This document shows, one piece after another, positions 58,809-64,000 of a stretch of DNA of 64,000 nt. The DNA lies in the NCBI GenBank assembly GCA_016793325.1, contig JAEUKI010000004.1, positions 18,886-82,885 on the forward strand, given 5' to 3'. Source of the stretch: Myxococcales bacterium. GTDB lineage: Bacteria; Myxococcota_A; Polyangia; Polyangiales; Ga0077539. The notes under the pieces are model-generated. The model was not told the DNA's origin. It ran no database searches and saw nothing but the letters and a program-made list of their open reading frames with translations. The position numbers and the translations under genes are program-made. Each line of letters starts with the position of its first letter. Position 1 is the stretch's first letter.

Positions 58809-60635
58809 CTACTCGACGGTGACCGTCTTCGCGAGGTTGCGCGGTTGATCCACGTCGGTCCCGCGCTGATCGGCCACGTGATACGAGAGGAGCTGCAGCG
58901 GGATCGTCGTGACGAGCGGCGAAAACTCGGGCGCCGTCTTGGGGACGGTGATGCTCCACTGCGCGAGCGCCGTCGCGCACGCGGGGTCGTTGACGATCGC
59001 GAGCACGCGGCCGTCGCGGGCGCGGACCTCTTGCACGTTCGAGAGCATCTTCTCGAGCGACGGGTCGTCGGGGAGCAAGCACACGACGGGCATCGATCGA
59101 TCGACGAGCGCGAGCGGGCCGTGCTTCATCTCGCCCCCTGCGTAGCCCTCGGCGTGCACGTACGAGATCTCTTTGAGCTTGAGCGCACCTTCGAGCGCGA
59201 CGGGGCACGAGACGCCGCGGCCCAAGAACAGCGCGTTTTGCGCGGAGACGAGCTCGCGCGAGATGAGCTGCACGGCGGCGTCTTGCTCGAGCGCGGCGCG
59301 CATCTTCTCGGGCACGCGGACGAGCTCTTCGAGCAGCTCTTTCGCCCGTGATTCGCTGAGGGCTCCGCGGGCGCGGCCGATGTGGACGGACACGAGGGCC
59401 ATCGCGGCGAGCTGCGCGGTGAAGCACTTGGTGCTCGCGACGCCGATCTCGGGGCCCGCGTGCGTGTAGAGAACGCCGTCCGCGGCGCGGGCGATGGCGC
59501 TTCCCTGAACGTTGACGACGGCGAGGACGCGCGCGCCCTGGCGCTTGGCTTCTTTGAGCGCGGCGAGCGTGTCTGCAGTCTCGCCCGATTGCGAGACGGC
59601 GATCACGAGGTCGCCCGGGGCGACGACGGGCTCTCGGTAGCGAAACTCGCTCGCGAGGTCGACGACGGCGGGGACGCGCGCGAGCTGTTCGATGAGGTAT
59701 CGGCCGTACATCGCGGCGTGAAAGCTCGTCCCGCAGGCGAGGAGGACGACGCGCTGAATGGCGCGGGCTTCGGGCTCGGCGATGCCGATTTCGTCCGCGA
59801 TGCACGAGCCCGTCTCGAGCTGAACGCGACCGCGGAGGGTGTCTTCGATGGCGCGCGGCTGCTCGTGGATCTCCTTGAGCATGAAGTGCTTGTATCCGCC
59901 GCGCTCTGCTTGAACGAGGGACCAACGGATGGTCGTCGGCTCGCGCACGACGGCCTCGCCGCTGACGGTCTCGAGCTTCGCGCCCGACTGCGTGAGCGTC
60001 GCGATCTCGCCGTCTTCGAGGAACACCACCTCGCGCGTGTGCGCCAAAATCGCAGGGACATCGCTGGCGGCGAGCACCGCTCCGTCCGCGAGCGCGAGCA
60101 CGAGGGGCGATGCGTGCTTGGCCACGACGATGGTGGTGGGGTCGTCCTTGGCGAGCACCGCGATGGCGTACGCGCCGCGGAGTTCACGGAGCGAATCGCG
60201 CACGGCTTCGACGAGCGAGAGTCCCCGGCCCATGGCCATGTCCACGAGGTGCGCGACGATCTCGGTGTCTGTGTCCGACGTGAACACGCGGCCGAGCGAC
60301 GTGAGCTTGTGCTTGAGCTCGACGTGGTTCTCGATGATTCCGTTGTGAACGACGGCGACGCGGCCCGAGACGTGCGGGTGCGCGTTGCGCTCGGAGGGCG
60401 GCCCGTGCGTGGCCCAGCGCGTGTGGCCGATGCCGACGGTTCCTGCGACGGGCTCGCGGTCGACGAGGTCTTGGAGCGTGCTCAGCTTGCCGGCCGCGCG
60501 TCGGACCGTGATCTCTTTGCCGTTGTGCACGGCGACGCCGGCGCTGTCGTACCCGCGATATTCGAGTTTGCGAAGGCCATCGATCAAGAGCTGCGCGCAG
60601 GGGCGCGTGCCGACGTACGCAATGATGCCGCACAT
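58809..60635 (-). CDS. glmS: glutamine--fructose-6-phosphate aminotransferase
   Basis: MCGI, LEYRGYDSAG, GHTRWATHG, SQSGETADT, PRNLAKTVTVE. Confidence 0.98.
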   Translation of the reverse strand: MCGIIAYVGTRPCAQLLIDGLRKLEYRGYDSAGVAVHNGKEITVRRAAGKLSTLQDLVDREPVAGTVGIGHTRWATHGPPSERNAHPHVSGRVAVVHNGIIENHVELKHKLTSLGRVFTSDTDTEIVAHLVDMAMGRGLSLVEAVRDSLRELRGAYAIAVLAKDDPTTIVVAKHASPLVLALADGAVLAASDVPAILAHTREVVFLEDGEIATLTQSGAKLETVSGEAVVREPTTIRWSLVQAERGGYKHFMLKEIHEQPRAIEDTLRGRVQLETGSCIADEIGIAEPEARAIQRVVLLACGTSFHAAMYGRYLIEQLARVPAVVDLASEFRYREPVVAPGDLVIAVSQSGETADTLAALKEAKRQGARVLAVVNVQGSAIARAADGVLYTHAGPEIGVASTKCFTAQLAAMALVSVHIGRARGALSESRAKELLEELVRVPEKMRAALEQDAAVQLISRELVSAQNALFLGRGVSCPVALEGALKLKEISYVHAEGYAGGEMKHGPLALVDRSMPVVCLLPDDPSLEKMLSNVQEVRARDGRVLAIVNDPACATALAQWSITVPKTAPEFSPLVTTIPLQLLSYHVADQRGTDVDQPRNLAKTVTVE

Positions 60636-60782
60636 AGTAAATTCAGTGTCCTTTCGTCGCTCACACGCGAGATCCGACTCCGTCGTGCTTCGCTGAAGCC
60701 GTTGGTAGCACGGCGGTTCGAGAAGATTCGACGCTCCGTGGGGCGGTCCGCGGCAAACGGTCTCGAAGCGGGGGCGAGCGGT

Positions 60783-61379
60783 TTAAAGATCGTCGGAGCT
60801 GTCGTGCTCGGCGAGCCACGCGCTCCACTGCGGAGCCTCGCGAATCGGCGCGAGAAACTCGCTGTTTTTCGCAGAGTCGAGCCACTCTTCGTCGAGCTCG
60901 ACCGCGGTCGTGATGGACTCGAACGCGCCGGCGATGTCGCCTTGCTGCGCGAGGATCTCGGCCTTGGTGGCGTGGGCGATTCCTTCGGTGGCCGAGCGGC
61001 CGAGCGCGAGCTCGATGTCCTCGCGGGCCTTGTCGAGGTTGCCGCAGGAGAGCTCGAGAAACGCGCGGTTGTTGAGGGCGGTCGCGTCGCTGGGGTGGAT
61101 CTCGCTCGCGCGGGTGTACGCGGCGCGGGCGCGGTCGTACTCACCGAGAGGCTCGAGCGAAAATCCGAGGTCGATCAGCGCTGCGACGTTGTCGGGCTCG
61201 CGCGCGAGCAGGCCTTCACAGAGCTCGACGGCCACGTCGTGCCGGTCGTGGTCTTGGAGGCTGTTGATGATGTTTCGGAGCTCGTTCGTCGGCGGGGTGC
61301 CGTACGCGACCGCGTCGCGCACGCAGCGAACGGCTTCGTCGATCGCCCCGGAAATCAAGTGATCGAACGCCTCGCTCAT
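60783..61379 (-). CDS. TPR protein
   Basis: ALIDLGFSLEPLGEYDRARAAYTRA, ALNNRAFL, AHATKAEILAQQGD. Confidence 0.8.
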   Translation of the reverse strand: MSEAFDHLISGAIDEAVRCVRDAVAYGTPPTNELRNIINSLQDHDRHDVAVELCEGLLAREPDNVAALIDLGFSLEPLGEYDRARAAYTRASEIHPSDATALNNRAFLELSCGNLDKAREDIELALGRSATEGIAHATKAEILAQQGDIAGAFESITTAVELDEEWLDSAKNSEFLAPIREAPQWSAWLAEHDSSDDL

Positions 61380-61526
61380 GCGAGCGTGGCAGAGCGCGGC
61401 GTCTTCACCACCAGGGCCGTTGAAGGTCTCGGGCATCGTGCTGCTGCATACCCCGACATCGTCCCGAGCGAAAGTGACCGCGTCGCGACCGCGCGACGTG
61501 TCGCGCAGCGGGCGACAGGAAAAGGG

Positions 61527-62570
61527 TCAAAACCCGACGCGTTCGCCGCCGTCGGGGGCGATCACGGGCTGGAGCCTCGCGTCGAGGCCGAGCTGCGCGC
61601 GCTGCGCTTCGTCGCCGGGGTTGTGCAGCTCCCAATAGGGCAAGCGCGAGGAGCGCAAGAGGCGCCCGCGGCCGCCGTCGCTCGACTGCCACGCGACGAT
61701 GCGCTTGTCGCCGGACTTCTCGACGTCGAGCTGCTTGCTGAACGATCCCGCTTCGAGTTGAAAACGTGTGACGTTGGCGTCGAGGTCGCGCCGCGTGATC
61801 CTCGCGGGCTCGGCGCGGAGCGGCTGGTGCGCGCGTCGGTTGCGCCAGAGCGCAGGGACGAGCGATCCCTCCCAGTCGCGGCCGCCGTTGAAGGGGCCGT
61901 CGAGCTCGCGCAGCTGGACGAGCAGGGCGTCTTCGTAGAGCGTGCCTGCGGGCGTCTCGACGCGGTCTTCGACGTCGCCTTCGCTCGCGAAATAGCTCAT
62001 TCCACGGAGGGCGAACGCGCGCTCGTCGGGCCACACGCCGAGGTAGACGTGCCCGCACCACTCTTGCGCGCTGAGGGAGATCTTCGCGGGCGCGAAGCGC
62101 TCGTCGCGGATCGCGTCGGTGGGGCAGAACACGCTCGTCAGCACCGAGTAGGGGTAGATCCCCGTGAGAAACTTCTCGCTGAGGTTGAGCTTCATCACGT
62201 CCATGCGATCGTCGCCTCGCGCGCCGTCGTCCTTGATGAGCGTCCTTCGCGAGAGGGGCTCTGTGACGTAGATCATCGCGACCTCGGCGGACCGCAGGTG
62301 GCCGTAGCGAGGGGTGATCGCTTCGTAGCCGATGAGCTCGGCTTTTCCATCGCCCCAGCGCTGCCAGAACTGGCTGGAGGCGCCCGAGCGCGATCGCCCC
62401 CAGCGAGGCAGGGCCCAGCCGCCCGAGGACGTCGCGCGGGGTGTGTCTGCGCTGCGCGCGTCTTGGGGCGTCACGGTGCGGGTGCAGCGCGCGAGGACGG
62501 TTGCGGCGGAGGTTGCAGAGAGCGCGGCGAGCGCGCGAAGGGCGGAGCGACGATCGAAGCTCGAGTTCAC
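61527..62570 (-). CDS. exported hypothetical protein
   Basis: DRRSAL Tat-like leader; WGDGKAEL, VMKLN...TGIYPYS, QEWCGHVY look like conserved motifs. Confidence 0.7.
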   Translation of the reverse strand: MNSSFDRRSALRALAALSATSAATVLARCTRTVTPQDARSADTPRATSSGGWALPRWGRSRSGASSQFWQRWGDGKAELIGYEAITPRYGHLRSAEVAMIYVTEPLSRRTLIKDDGARGDDRMDVMKLNLSEKFLTGIYPYSVLTSVFCPTDAIRDERFAPAKISLSAQEWCGHVYLGVWPDERAFALRGMSYFASEGDVEDRVETPAGTLYEDALLVQLRELDGPFNGGRDWEGSLVPALWRNRRAHQPLRAEPARITRRDLDANVTRFQLEAGSFSKQLDVEKSGDKRIVAWQSSDGGRGRLLRSSRLPYWELHNPGDEAQRAQLGLDARLQPVIAPDGGERVGF

Positions 62571-62649
62571 GGGGAGTGCTTCGGTGTACGCCGGTCCCGC
62601 GCGAACGGCTACGACGGACCGCGCATACAACGCGCGATCGGCGAGCGAT

Positions 62650-63342
62650 TCACCAGCCGATTTCGCGCTCGCCGCGGTAGTCGAGAAACGCCCCCGAGCG
62701 CGGCGCGGTCAGGCCGTCGATGACGCGGATGATTCCCGCGGCCGAGTCGCGGACGTCGGTGGGGGCGCCCTGGCCGCCCATGTCGGTCTTGACCCAGCCT
62801 GGGTTGATGACGGCGCTCAGGATGCCTTCGTGCTCGAACTCGAGCGCGAGGTTCTTGCTCGCCATGTTGAGCGCGGCCTTGGACATTCGATACGCGTACC
62901 AGCCGCCGCTCGTGTTTTCGCTGATCGAACCCATGCCCGACGTGATGTGCGCGACGCGCGGGTCCGTGCCTCGGCGGAGGTTCTTTCGAAGCGCGCGGGT
63001 GAGCAGGACGGGGCCGATCGCGTTTGTCGCGAAGACCTCGAGCGCCTCGTCCATGGCGAACGATTCGAGCGCTCCGCGGTGCCCAGCGATCGCTGCGTTG
63101 TTGACGAGGACGTCGACGGGCGCGTCGCCGAGCGCGCTCGCGAACGCGTCGATCGAGGACTGTGTCTTGACGTCGAGCGCGCGGACCGTGAGTCGATCGG
63201 CTTGTGATTTTACAAGCTCAGCGAGGGATGCGGCGCTCGCGTCTCGCGCGGCGGCGGTCACACGATCGCCGCGAGAGAGATACTGGCGGACGAGCTCGAG
63301 GCCGATTCCGCGGCTCGCGCCGGTGACGATGACGTGCTTCAT
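62650..63342 (-). CDS. csgA: short-chain dehydrogenase, CsgA (C-factor)-like
   Basis: TGASRGIG, DVLVNNA, VAHITSGMGS, YAYRMSKAALNM, PGWVKTDMGG; closely resembles Myxococcus CsgA as I recall it. Confidence 0.75.
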   Translation of the reverse strand: MKHVIVTGASRGIGLELVRQYLSRGDRVTAAARDASAASLAELVKSQADRLTVRALDVKTQSSIDAFASALGDAPVDVLVNNAAIAGHRGALESFAMDEALEVFATNAIGPVLLTRALRKNLRRGTDPRVAHITSGMGSISENTSGGWYAYRMSKAALNMASKNLALEFEHEGILSAVINPGWVKTDMGGQGAPTDVRDSAAGIIRVIDGLTAPRSGAFLDYRGEREIGW

Positions 63343-63427
63343 GGTCGCAAAGGTATCGCAGACGATCGCGGGCGCTGGTAGCGTCTCGAAAGCAACGAAG
63401 ATTGCTTCGAAGGAGCGTCGGGTGGCG

Positions 63428-64000
63428 GTGAAGAGGGCAGGGGTTTTGGCGGTTTGTGCGGCGGCGTGGCTCTCTTCGCAGAGCGCTCGCGGGCAATCGC
63501 TGCTGGACGCGGCGCGCGCGATGAACGACGCTGCCAGAACGCAGCCGCCGGCAGCGCAGGTTGTCGCGGGCGTGCAGCGGTATTCGCTCGCGAACGGGCT
63601 CGACGTCGTGCTCGAAGAGCGTCACGGCTCGCCGCGCGTCGCGGTCGAGGTCGACTATCGTGTCGGGAGTCGCGATCAGCCCGAGGGGTACGGCGGACTC
63701 GCGCACATGACCGAGCACATGATGTTCGCGTGGGCGAGGCACCATCGAGACGGCGGCGGCGCGTATCTCGACTCGCTCGGCGTCTCGCAGGCGGTCGGTG
63801 AGACGCACGGGGACGTGACGAGGTACGGCGCCGTCGTCGCGTCGCACTTCCTCGAGCGGCTGCTCGCGTTCGAGGCGGATCGCATGGGGTTCTTGCTGAG
63901 TCACGTAGGTGAGGCGCAGCTCGAAGCGCAGCGGCTCATCGTGTTGCGCGAGGACTCCGAGCGCGGCGAGTACTGGTCTGTTCCGGGGATGGGCAAGCGC
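63428..64000 (+). CDS. M16 family peptidase, partial (absent from the ORF track)
   Basis: Manual translation: YSLANGLDVVL...YRVGSRDQPEG...GLAHMTEHMMF (HxxEH). Confidence 0.85.
   Translation, partial: MKRAGVLAVCAAAWLSSQSARGQSLLDAARAMNDAARTQPPAAQVVAGVQRYSLANGLDVVLEERHGSPRVAVEVDYRVGSRDQPEGYGGLAHMTEHMMFAWARHHRDGGGAYLDSLGVSQAVGETHGDVTRYGAVVASHFLERLLAFEADRMGFLLSHVGEAQLEAQRLIVLREDSERGEYWSVPGMGKR

Noticed and set aside
60636-60782. glmS ribozyme upstream of glmS
   Set aside because: I could not find the conserved AGCGCC...GACGAG core on the minus strand.
59382-62723. 1113-aa plus-strand ORF and many similar long ORFs
   Set aside because: Antisense shadows of real genes, expected in high-GC DNA.

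Overview
GC-rich bacterial window that looks myxobacterial: it has csgA-like, cdnL and digR-like genes, Ser/Thr kinases, a MYXO-CTERM-like protein and a DUF1592/DUF1552 pair. It also carries housekeeping genes (recA, cinA, pyrG, glmS, hisIE, hslO, tatD, trmH, crtI) and many exported hypothetical proteins. Main observations: (1) a compact stand-alone type III secretion translocon-like operon at 51610-55047 (small ORF, Bsp22/EspA-like tip protein, SycD/LcrH chaperone, SctE-like and SctB-like translocators) between cdnL and hisIE, with no injectisome gene in the window; (2) an inactivated HUH Y1 transposase (IS200/RAYT-like) at 4868-5297 inside 78-bp inverted arms, plus several distinct REP/REPIN/MITE-like families, including a ~100-nt GTAG-led hairpin in four copies; (3) exported proteins are almost free of lysine and often Met-rich, while cytoplasmic proteins are not. 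I recognised no rRNA, tRNA or CRISPR array. All calls come from reading motifs by eye; no database searches were run, and start codons are best estimates.
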